Origin: a virus | Taxonomy: Duplodnaviria; Caudoviricetes | Length of the DNA: 64,000 nucleotides | Virus record (IMG/VR): IMGVR_UViG_2939702853_000005 | Location: 1 to 64,000 of that record | Direction: 5' to 3' (one strand) | Shown here: in pieces, positions 1 through 7,794 of the stretch | Numbering within the stretch: the first letter of the stretch is position 1 | Layout of the letters: every line of letters begins with the position of its first letter | Notes under the pieces: model-generated | What the model saw: only the letters and a program-made list of their open reading frames with translations | Told to the model about the DNA's origin: nothing | The model's database searches: none | Position numbers and translations under genes: made by a program

Positions 1-462
1 ATGACAATATTATTGAAGAGAATTACACACAATGTTCAACAGGTAAATACATACATTATAGAACAACCACCTTGCAATCATAACATTACATTAGAACAAC
101 TGCTTGTCGAATTTGAAATAAAACCTACAGCAGTTATCCTTATCGACCTAATGAAGTTCCACCTGAACACTGTTGAACGTATGAATGAATTTGCTAATCG
201 GATGCCCAGTGAGATCTTCCCACTATCATTACTTACTAAAATGCGCAATGAAGACATAGACGCTTATGGCTATCGTGATAAGTTTTCATTTGTACATGAT
301 TTTTATAAAGACAAACGTTCAGCATTTGAACGACTCTTCCAAGAGCCAGCACACGATTGGAAGATGAATAAGTACAAAACTGACGATCCAGAACGTATCT
401 ATGATGTTTATCTTGAGCAAGGCAGATACTCACATATGACACAAGTCTCGATGTTTGCTTAA
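1..462 (+). CDS. Hypothetical protein, paralog of 19389..19823; C-terminal QVSMF resembles a beta-clamp binding motif
   Basis: Shares MKFxLNTVERxNEF, KMRxExIDAYGY and KTDDPExIYDxY blocks with 19389..19823. Confidence 0.8.
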   Translation: MTILLKRITHNVQQVNTYIIEQPPCNHNITLEQLLVEFEIKPTAVILIDLMKFHLNTVERMNEFANRMPSEIFPLSLLTKMRNEDIDAYGYRDKFSFVHDFYKDKRSAFERLFQEPAHDWKMNKYKTDDPERIYDVYLEQGRYSHMTQVSMFA

Positions 463-474
463 ATAAGAAGACCC

Positions 475-511
475 AAAAAAGCCCTTCTAAGAAATTAATC
501 TTGTGGAGGGC
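475..511 (-). terminator. Intrinsic terminator-like hairpin (U-tract on minus strand)
   Basis: gcccttc..ggagggc stem preceded by an A6 run on the plus strand. Confidence 0.45.
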
Positions 512-661
512 AGGGGAGATGTATCTTTATAAAATGATAATTTGATTACAATGCATTGTGATCTGATTTACCCAATAAACTATACATAACATAAAGACGA
601 TACCTTTAATCATGAAATCATCGGAAACTATCCAAAAAGGTATCACGTTTGATATAATTAA

Positions 662-806
662 GTTGTCCCTAATCAGGTTTAATCCGGTGATACAAGAACA
701 ACATAATAGGACGGTAAAAGGATTGCCAAACTTTGGACGGTTGGGACAGCCCTTTTACTATTTACCTAACTAACAGGAAGCCGCCCACAACGGGCGGTTT
801 TTTTTT
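662..806 (+). ncRNA. Candidate stand-alone small RNA
   Basis: Extended -10 TGaTATAAT at 650-658; gttgtccc/gggacagc and gtaaaagg/ccttttac complementary pairs; terminator gccgccc-acaac-gggcggt plus a long T-run; no credible ORF. Confidence 0.5.
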
Positions 807-927
807 GTTATTCGAGGCGTTTAGAGGTTTTGCTGCCCCGTCTAGATCATCATCACGCCACCCATTAATACGGGGGCTGGAACAATTACACCAGCTAGTC
901 ACGGAATATTCTAATAATATTTAGTGT

Positions 928-961
928 AAATAACGACTTCTTACTGGAGTCGTTATTTTTA
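928..961. terminator. Bidirectional terminator-like hairpin
   Basis: aaataacgactt..gagtcgttattttt inverted repeat. Confidence 0.6.
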
Positions 962-1105
962 TTTTGTGATTATTGTCGAATCCAGTATAATAAGCAGTAC
1001 CAAAGAATCATTTTCCAAAATTCTTATATATTTATACAGACATTTCCTTTTGACGTGGTATAATGGTTAAGTATTCCACATATTATAGAAAAGGAAGTGT
1101 CTTAA

Positions 1106-1831
1106 TTGAAAATGAAGAAGACAGCAATTATCCTTACAAGTGCATTGGCTCTAATGGCAGTAGCTCCCGTAGCTGCATTCGCCGCACCAGAAAACGTGGA
1201 AGTGCAAGAAGTTTCATCTCAAGCGAAAAGTAATAGTTTAGAAGGTTTGAATTTGATTGACGCTAGTAAATATATCAGTCAAAAAGACTCAGCAAAGGCA
1301 ACAAAATATAAAACAGCAGATGAAGTCTTTGCCGCTCATGGTGGGACAGCAAAGCAAATTGATTTGTCCACCTTACCTAAAGGTACTGCTGTCATTAACG
1401 TAAAATCTGTAGACGAATTGGATGCATTACTGTCAGGCGTTTCTGGTTCTCTTGCTGGAGAAGATGTTACTATTAATGCAAATGAGTCAAAAGATACAAA
1501 TGGCACTGGTACTACATCTAAAGTAAGTCCTGCCGCATATACTGCAACAATGAGTAGCAACATGTACGATGCAAAAACTTGGTGGGTTAGACTGTACTCA
1601 AATTACACAGCTAATAACACAGGCATTACAGACGTTCAGGCTTACACTGCTCTGAATGGGCTTGTAGTAGGTATAAACTGGAGTCAAACTTCTGCAACAA
1701 GTACCAAAATTACAAATAAACAATGGTTAACAAAAGGTTCTGGAACATATAGTTTATATGTGTTCATAAATGGCATAGGGAATATATACTCTGAAAGCGT
1801 AAATGGATCACACTATGTAACAGTAAATTAA
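1106..1831 (+). CDS. Secreted protein with Sec signal peptide and beta-rich C-terminal domain
   Basis: MKMKK plus hydrophobic stretch plus AFA cleavage site; RBS aaaggaag; TGgTATAAT upstream. Confidence 0.85.
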   Translation: MKMKKTAIILTSALALMAVAPVAAFAAPENVEVQEVSSQAKSNSLEGLNLIDASKYISQKDSAKATKYKTADEVFAAHGGTAKQIDLSTLPKGTAVINVKSVDELDALLSGVSGSLAGEDVTINANESKDTNGTGTTSKVSPAAYTATMSSNMYDAKTWWVRLYSNYTANNTGITDVQAYTALNGLVVGINWSQTSATSTKITNKQWLTKGSGTYSLYVFINGIGNIYSESVNGSHYVTVN

Positions 1832-1837
1832 TAGGGT

Positions 1838-1876
1838 ATTGGTGACTCTTGTAGGCATAATGAGAGTCACCAATAT
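1838..1876. promoter_or_regulatory. Strong intergenic hairpin (stabiliser or attenuator)
   Basis: tattggtgactct / agagtcaccaata 13-bp perfect inverted repeat. Confidence 0.6.
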
Positions 1877-1922
1877 TATTTTGACACATCTTTTCTAAAA
1901 TGACTGTCAATAAGGAGGATTC

Positions 1923-2312
1923 ATGACAAATTCTTTTTCATCAATATTGACATACAGCATACAAACAATCGCAATTTTACTAATTATCTATTATTTGTTG
2001 AGAAGAAACAAACAAAAAATAGGTTGGGGAACATTTTCACTGCTGTTATCTCTTTTTGGCATATCTGTTTCTTTTGAATTTGGAGATTACATACTTGGTG
2101 ATCATTTTTTTTCCTTTTTAGGATTATCCGCATGGTCTAATAATGACAACACTGGGTTTCACTACACCATTTTTCTATCCAGTATTTTCTTTATCCCTAG
2201 TTTGATCATTGGATACAAAAAACCTAATGATTTTGGAGCTAAAATTGGGAAGCTGGTTTCTAGTATATATTTAACTATAATAGTAATTACGCTTTTGTTT
2301 TTTATTTTTTGA
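1923..2312 (+). CDS. Multi-pass membrane protein (about 4 TM)
   Basis: RBS aggagg; four hydrophobic segments. Confidence 0.85.
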   Translation: MTNSFSSILTYSIQTIAILLIIYYLLRRNKQKIGWGTFSLLLSLFGISVSFEFGDYILGDHFFSFLGLSAWSNNDNTGFHYTIFLSSIFFIPSLIIGYKKPNDFGAKIGKLVSSIYLTIIVITLLFFIF

Positions 2313-2367
2313 AACACACAGTTCATTTCGTCTCAGGTCTCTGCTATAAGGGAGTGATGTTTTAACA

Positions 2368-2647
2368 ATGAATGTCTATTTATTTGCTGTTCTTGTTTTA
2401 ATCCTTGTAGGTAGCCTGTTGTTTCATTTCTTCAAAAAAAGTAGAGTAAGGGACAGCAAAGCTCCAGATAGTCACAATTGTAGGACTTATTGTTGCAGTT
2501 GCTGTGGGCATATCTCCTGTATTTCTTAGTGGACTACAGGCGTGGACGTGGCATACAACAGTCCTTATTGTTGGATGTGCATTAGTTATTGGTCGCATCT
2601 TGTATAGCTGGAGAAAAAGTAGCGGCAATAAAACGAAAAAAGGCTGA
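2368..2647 (+). pseudogene. Frameshifted small membrane protein (about 92 aa if repaired)
   Basis: RBS aagggag plus ATG (MNVYLFAVLVLILVGSLLFHFFKK); a second frame from about 2450 continues TAKLQIVTIVGLIVAVAVGISPVF..KTKKG*; span is 3n+1, fitting one extra base near aggg at about 2449-2452. Confidence 0.6.
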
Positions 2648-2721
2648 GGGCTGTAATTTAACTTTCCCTGTATCACATTACAATTGAATTGTTGTAAATG
2701 CCATAACACAGCGTCCAAAGC

Positions 2722-2752
2722 AAGAGCCTTCCTTTAATGGAGGGCTTTTTGT
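2722..2752. terminator. Terminator between convergent genes
   Basis: aagagccttcc-tttaat-ggagggcttttt. Confidence 0.65.
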
Positions 2753-2814
2753 AAAATGACAAAATAATAACTAAAGGGGAACCCTCAGTATTAACGAGAG
2801 TTCCCCTTTAGTTA

Positions 2815-3228
2815 TTATTTTGTTACAGGTGTGGCAGCTACCGATGTATCCAATAAGCGATTACCTTTATGGACTAGAATTTCGATCAACTTCAATTCTT
2901 TCTCAGTTGGTGTAACTTTCAGCCTACTCAACAATCCATCAACTGTTTCAACGGCTACCTTCTCCTTTTGTTCAAATGTCAAAGTATCATTGGAATAGTT
3001 ATGTACATATTCAATTACTTCACTTGCCACATCTAAAACAAAATTAGCTTTGCCTTTATGCTGTTCAGCAATTGGAAGTATCTCTAAAATCAATTTGCCT
3101 ACATCGACACTCCCAAGAATACTATCCGTATCACTCAGATTGACACCTCTCTTTTTAAACCAAGTAATAACCAATACGCCTAATAGCACAAACAACACTG
3201 TTCCACCAATAATATAAATATCATTCAC
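2815..3228 (-). CDS. Probable LL-H-type phage holin-like protein
   Basis: GTG start with aaggag RBS; single N-terminal TM then a soluble domain with KEKVAVETV..TEKELKLIEILV pattern; lies just after the endolysin. Confidence 0.6.
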   Translation of the reverse strand: MNDIYIIGGTVLFVLLGVLVITWFKKRGVNLSDTDSILGSVDVGKLILEILPIAEQHKGKANFVLDVASEVIEYVHNYSNDTLTFEQKEKVAVETVDGLLSRLKVTPTEKELKLIEILVHKGNRLLDTSVAATPVTK

Positions 3229-3297
3229 TTTACATTTCTCCTTGTTATAAGAATAAAAAGAGACGATAATTATCATCTCTTTGAAAAACTGAATTAT

Positions 3298-4041
3298 TTA
3301 ATTTTTATCAACAACATGTCTCTCGACATTGAATTCACTAGAACGACCAGCAGAAAGAATATCAGTTCGTAAGCTCCTTTTCTTAGCCCAAGTTTGGCCT
3401 TCTTTGGGATTGGAGAGAGAAGGTAATTTCTTCGTTTTAACTGTCTGTATAAATCCCGGCTTATACCAAAGATCGCGCATCCTATACAAAATACGTTCTT
3501 CCTTATTACTCCAATTAGACCCAAACATTAATTGACCTAATTGTTCATCGGTTGGATTATTAATCCCTCGCACACTAAAGTATTTTCGTAAGCATTTCTG
3601 GAATTTATTAAAAACGGTTGCATCCGGTGTTAGAGGTAATGTAACAGATGAAACGAGAGTCTGGATTTCGTTTTTCCAATGTTGTTCATCTGCGACATTC
3701 TGAAGCATGGTAACGCCAGATTGCACATCTACAACGCCCTTAATAACATTGAAACGAATGATACATGTAGAACCTACAGACAATTTACAACCAGTAATCC
3801 TATTATGTAAAACAAAGTTGTATTTTAAATGTGAAGTATGGCACAATTGGCACATATCAGAAAAATCATCAGATGAAGAGTCGGCTATACCTTCAATTTC
3901 CCATTCTTTTTTGGCTTCTTCGAAATCACTAGCAGAACATCTTTCCAACATATTTTTGACGATTATGCCACTAGGGATTGAATTCTCAACCTTAGAATCA
4001 TATTTGACAACAATACGCTTCCTGCTATTAAAATTCTTCAG
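3298..4041 (-). CDS. Zn-binding hypothetical protein (CxxC..H..GSxCI), probable CTG start; moron inside the lysis cassette
   Basis: CQLCH and VGSTCI motifs; frame open 30 codons upstream of the track start (3951) to a CTG 9 nt after GGAGAG. Confidence 0.75.
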   Translation of the reverse strand: MKNFNSRKRIVVKYDSKVENSIPSGIIVKNMLERCSASDFEEAKKEWEIEGIADSSSDDFSDMCQLCHTSHLKYNFVLHNRITGCKLSVGSTCIIRFNVIKGVVDVQSGVTMLQNVADEQHWKNEIQTLVSSVTLPLTPDATVFNKFQKCLRKYFSVRGINNPTDEQLGQLMFGSNWSNKEERILYRMRDLWYKPGFIQTVKTKKLPSLSNPKEGQTWAKKRSLRTDILSAGRSSEFNVERHVVDKN

Positions 4042-4098
4042 TTTCTATCACTCTCCATACTATATTTAGAGATCATGTAACGTTTAATCTCCACATAT

Positions 4099-4127
4099 AG
4101 TATATCCTAAATATTTCCGACTGTAAA
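4099..4127 (-). promoter_or_regulatory. SigA-like promoter for 3298..4041
   Basis: TTTACA-17 nt-TATACT on the minus strand. Confidence 0.6.
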
Positions 4128-4171
4128 CGACAAAATAAGATATTTTATGTCGATTAATGTCGAAATGTGAA

Positions 4172-5047
4172 TCATTTAAAGAATCCTTTGCGGTATAACA
4201 CAGTAATTAACCGATAAAAGTCATAACTACCGCCAGAAGTCGTATCAACCGCTCCAGCGTTTTTGGCTGCAACACAAGCTTCCATTGCCCAATCTGGGAT
4301 AGAATCCATTTGCAATTTGGCTGTCAATTCTTTTACTTGATCCTGTAGTGCTTGAAAATCTGCTTTTTCTTGACTTGTCATAGGTTGTTGATCATCCTCA
4401 CTAATATTATTTTTAATCTTTCCATTCAATCTATCTAATTCTGCTTGAATCTGAGGGAGAAAGTTTTTCATTGCAGCGGCAATAGTGTTTCCATCACCCC
4501 AGAATGCAGTACCGGGGCAAGTTTTACTTGATTTGTCGGGAATAAAATCATTCAAACGTTCGCCTGTACGTGTAAACCACGCATGAAATACAATGTGATC
4601 TATATCAATTGGAAGGTTGAACTTCTCAGCTAAACAGGCGTAAAGGTGAATAATCGTCTTCTTTTGTTCGTCTGTAATGATATCTCCACCAGAATCAAAG
4701 TTGCCAACATTCTCGATACAGATACATTTATTATTAAAACCTCTGATCCCAGCAGGAATTCTATTCAGAGGTCTATCAAGGCTAATTGCAATTTGTCCAT
4801 TTTCCAGAGTCGTAATATTCTGTCCAGTAGCAGCCCAACCTTCCGATAGGTGATAATTTCTCATTCCCTCTAGACATTTAAATGCGTCTTGTTGGGCAAC
4901 TCCATTTACCATTTTCCTTGTGGAATAATTGGGTGAGGCTGTGTGATGAACTTGTAAAAATTGAATAGGGCGAGTAACGACTTGTTTCTTTAACCATTCA
5001 CGGAATTCATCTCGCTCCATAAGTAAAAAGTTACCTTGTTGAATCAT
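4172..5047 (-). CDS. Endolysin, N-acetylmuramoyl-L-alanine amidase (Amidase_2 type)
   Basis: QVHHT, CIENVGNFD, VFHAW, KTCPG Zn-ligand motifs; overlaps the holin stop. Confidence 0.9.
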   Translation of the reverse strand: MIQQGNFLLMERDEFREWLKKQVVTRPIQFLQVHHTASPNYSTRKMVNGVAQQDAFKCLEGMRNYHLSEGWAATGQNITTLENGQIAISLDRPLNRIPAGIRGFNNKCICIENVGNFDSGGDIITDEQKKTIIHLYACLAEKFNLPIDIDHIVFHAWFTRTGERLNDFIPDKSSKTCPGTAFWGDGNTIAAAMKNFLPQIQAELDRLNGKIKNNISEDDQQPMTSQEKADFQALQDQVKELTAKLQMDSIPDWAMEACVAAKNAGAVDTTSGGSYDFYRLITVLYRKGFFK

Positions 5048-5507
5048 CCGAATTTTCCTCTCTTTCTTCTTTTAAAGCTTCATTTTCTTTTCCCTTTAGA
5101 ATACGAATAGCATATTTAATCTGAGGAGGAAGATACCATCCCATTCTTCCGTAATTTTCAACCAAGCTAATCAATTCATTTCCTATGTAGAAATACGTTA
5201 CACTCGCCATCAAACTCAATGCACCAGTTAGTCCGAGCATTATATCTACACGATAGAGCAAGCCAATAGTAAGAAACATGAAAACTTTTTTAAAAATCCC
5301 CCAAAATCCCTTACTTGAATTCCAGCCCTTTGAAATATCGTTGGGATTTTTTCTGCCTTCCACATAGGCTGCGGCTAATCCAGATGCATAATCTAGAAAC
5401 ACTAAAAAGGTTAAGACAGTCAGGGCTTCGCTCCACCCACCAAATAAAAATGTAAGCAGAGAGCCGCCTAGCGTATACAATAAAAATTTAACAACAGATT
5501 CAAACAC
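5031..5507 (-). CDS. Phage holin (toxin secretion/phage lysis holin family)
   Basis: LDYASGLAAA..SSKGFWGIFKK..YIGNELISLVENYGRMG..P pattern, 3 TM. Confidence 0.88.
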   Translation of the reverse strand: MFESVVKFLLYTLGGSLLTFLFGGWSEALTVLTFLVFLDYASGLAAAYVEGRKNPNDISKGWNSSKGFWGIFKKVFMFLTIGLLYRVDIMLGLTGALSLMASVTYFYIGNELISLVENYGRMGWYLPPQIKYAIRILKGKENEALKEEREENSDDSTR

Positions 5508-5569
5508 ATGATTTTCCTCAATTCTTGTAATATAAAAAGACTCCTCATATAGAAGAGCCTTTGTGTTGA

Positions 5570-5914
5570 TTAAATATTGGATTTAAAATAATCACATATT
5601 GCTTTAAACAAATAATCTTTAGTTCGTTGTTCTCGTGGAAGTTGATCGTAGGGGAGGATACAAGGGTGAGTTTTATTCTCAATATCCTTTGTCTCGCCAA
5701 ATATCCAACCATCTTCAATTTTTTGCTTCATCCAATTGTTGTGACTATATTCAGGAGTAGTATCATTTTCTATATGATATTTAACTCCAGCAATTGAACT
5801 TTCTTTTTGCCAAGATGGGGACTCGCTCTATTTATTTTGAGAATAATCTCCAATACTTTCGCAATATCCTCTGTTTACTTCATGACACAATTCCGCAATT
5901 TGATCTATATTCAT
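5570..5914 (-). pseudogene. RyR-domain phage protein with one in-frame amber (codon 29)
   Basis: RBS aaaggag plus ATG; MNIDQIAELCHEVNRGYC..NK*SESPSWQK..SHNNWMKQKIEDGWIFGETKDIENKTHPCILPYDQLPREQRTKDYLF; TAG at 5828-5830; not in the ORF track. Confidence 0.8.
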
Positions 5915-5943
5915 TTTGTACTCCTTTATGTAAAATGTCTCTT

Positions 5944-7782
5944 TTATAAAATGTACCAATACACACCAGATGAACGTCCCTTGACTATAATAAAGCTGCT
6001 TAAGTCGCTAACATCTCTTTTTCTAATCTGAGCAACAGCAATTAAATCATTTGTTCTCGCTAACCTTGGATATAAGAACCCACCTAATTCTGGTCTACTA
6101 ATCATCACTTCAGACTCAACGTTATTAACATTCTTGATATCTACAATCGAATCCAAATCACTCTTCTGACGAATGTCAATGGTTGCACCTAAATATTCAC
6201 GATTCTTTACATATAGAGTACCGTCAACATCGTAAAAGTTTTTCACTTCAATATATGCGCCTAAGTCTGGACGTGAAATCGTTACATTGGCATCACGATA
6301 GTCATATGAAGGAACCTGAACAAATGAATCTAAGTCATTATTTCCAATAGCTCTGATAACAACACTGCTACCCAAATCTGGCTTATTTACAATCAAGCTG
6401 CTATCAATATCTGAAAATCTTATGCCTTGAACCATTAGACTTGACTCTAGATCGCTATTTACATGTTTAAATTTAGACACAGTTAAACTTGCAAGCATAT
6501 CTGGTCGTGAAACAGTTATTAAGCTATCAGTTGTAGATTCTCTTCTAAATGCAACCGTAAGCTCACTTTCAAGGCTCATTTTAGGATCGACAGTCAATCC
6601 TGCTCCTAAATCAGGTCTAGATATTATCAAAGTTGAATCAGTTGCAGATGCTCCATAGCTGGCAACACTAATGGATGCGGATAGATCATTACCTTTGTGA
6701 TACACAACTTTTAATGTACTATTTATGTCTGGTCTGGAGATTGACAATGTTGAGTCGGTATCATGCTGCATAAAGTCTTTGTACTTGTGGACATACAGAG
6801 AGGACGGGAGATAATTTAATCCGACATTGCTCTTTACAGTAATACTACCAGTTACTTCTTTTCTTCCAGCGCCATAGATGAACAGGGAAGAATTTAAATC
6901 AGCTCGTCCAAAGCTATAGTTTTGGCTTGTAATATACTTAAGCTGAAGAACAGGGGGCTTAAGCGATTCTCTTGTATTAAAATAGGTGGGATGTGAACTG
7001 TCAGACTTGATTATCAACCCATAATTGATTAGCGATTCATCCTGCCAACGCTTAACCAAGTCAAACACGTCAAATTCAATGTATTTATCCGTTCTGTTGA
7101 CTGTATAAGAGTCCAATAACAACTCTGTTCCATAAGGCTTGTTTGCATATGTAATACCATACTCTCGCCACAGAGTATTAGGTTGGTACACTTTAATATC
7201 CGTGTCATCCATAAAGCTTCCACTATAATATAGTCGTAACTTAGCTTCTTCGAGCTTATTTAAGTCAGGAACTACAATTTTCAAATCACCAAAGTTCACA
7301 AACGATTCAAATTGTTCTATATCTGACTGCCCAATCATCATAGATTGTGTATCGCCATAGTTTACAGTTTGTAAATCTGAACGACTTCGTGTTGTAGCAT
7401 CTTCAATAGGATTTAAATCTTTGACGACTCTAGGCGCTTCCATAAGCTCAAACTTACCAAGCAATCGGTTATGTGGTCTTACTTCCAGAGTAGCAGATAG
7501 ATAGTTGACAGATGTTGATTCCAATACTGAATTGATTTCAGTATTACCTTTATATTTTATATCCAATCGACCGATAACATCTGCTGGTCGCTGAACACGT
7601 GCTGTAATCGTCGATTCTACAATTGTTTCACGGCGATAAGCAACCAACATTTCAGAATTTACTTCACTTACTTCTTGCCGATATAATACAAATTTACCCT
7701 CCATACGATTGGAGGGCGATTTTATAAATATTTCACCGCCTAAATCATTATATGCATCCAAATAGTCACTTCCTATCATCAC
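5944..7782 (-). CDS. DNRLRE (CBM96-like) domain tail-associated protein with repeated beta-strand motifs
   Basis: QTVNYG..MMIG..ESFVNF..AKLRLY..W.EYGITYANKP..FDVFDLVKRW..NYGLII pattern; repeated ISRPDL motifs. Confidence 0.75.
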   Translation of the reverse strand: MMIGSDYLDAYNDLGGEIFIKSPSNRMEGKFVLYRQEVSEVNSEMLVAYRRETIVESTITARVQRPADVIGRLDIKYKGNTEINSVLESTSVNYLSATLEVRPHNRLLGKFELMEAPRVVKDLNPIEDATTRSRSDLQTVNYGDTQSMMIGQSDIEQFESFVNFGDLKIVVPDLNKLEEAKLRLYYSGSFMDDTDIKVYQPNTLWREYGITYANKPYGTELLLDSYTVNRTDKYIEFDVFDLVKRWQDESLINYGLIIKSDSSHPTYFNTRESLKPPVLQLKYITSQNYSFGRADLNSSLFIYGAGRKEVTGSITVKSNVGLNYLPSSLYVHKYKDFMQHDTDSTLSISRPDINSTLKVVYHKGNDLSASISVASYGASATDSTLIISRPDLGAGLTVDPKMSLESELTVAFRRESTTDSLITVSRPDMLASLTVSKFKHVNSDLESSLMVQGIRFSDIDSSLIVNKPDLGSSVVIRAIGNNDLDSFVQVPSYDYRDANVTISRPDLGAYIEVKNFYDVDGTLYVKNREYLGATIDIRQKSDLDSIVDIKNVNNVESEVMISRPELGGFLYPRLARTNDLIAVAQIRKRDVSDLSSFIIVKGRSSGVYWYIL

Positions 7783-7794
7783 ATTGTATTGTGA

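Noticed and set aside
599-644. Inverted repeat as prophage att site
   Set aside because: Phage-type genes continue on both sides and there is no adjacent integrase or split host gene; treated as a possible operator
662-702. GTTGT...ACAAC resembling a solitary CRISPR repeat (Racr-like)
   Set aside because: 41 nt, single copy, no match to a repeat I can verify; no array anywhere in the window
733-924. 63-aa plus-strand ORF
   Set aside because: Runs through a terminator and poly-T; better explained as an sRNA 3' end plus intergenic DNA
2398-2718. 106-aa minus-strand ORF
   Set aside because: No RBS; it is the shadow of the frameshifted plus-strand membrane gene
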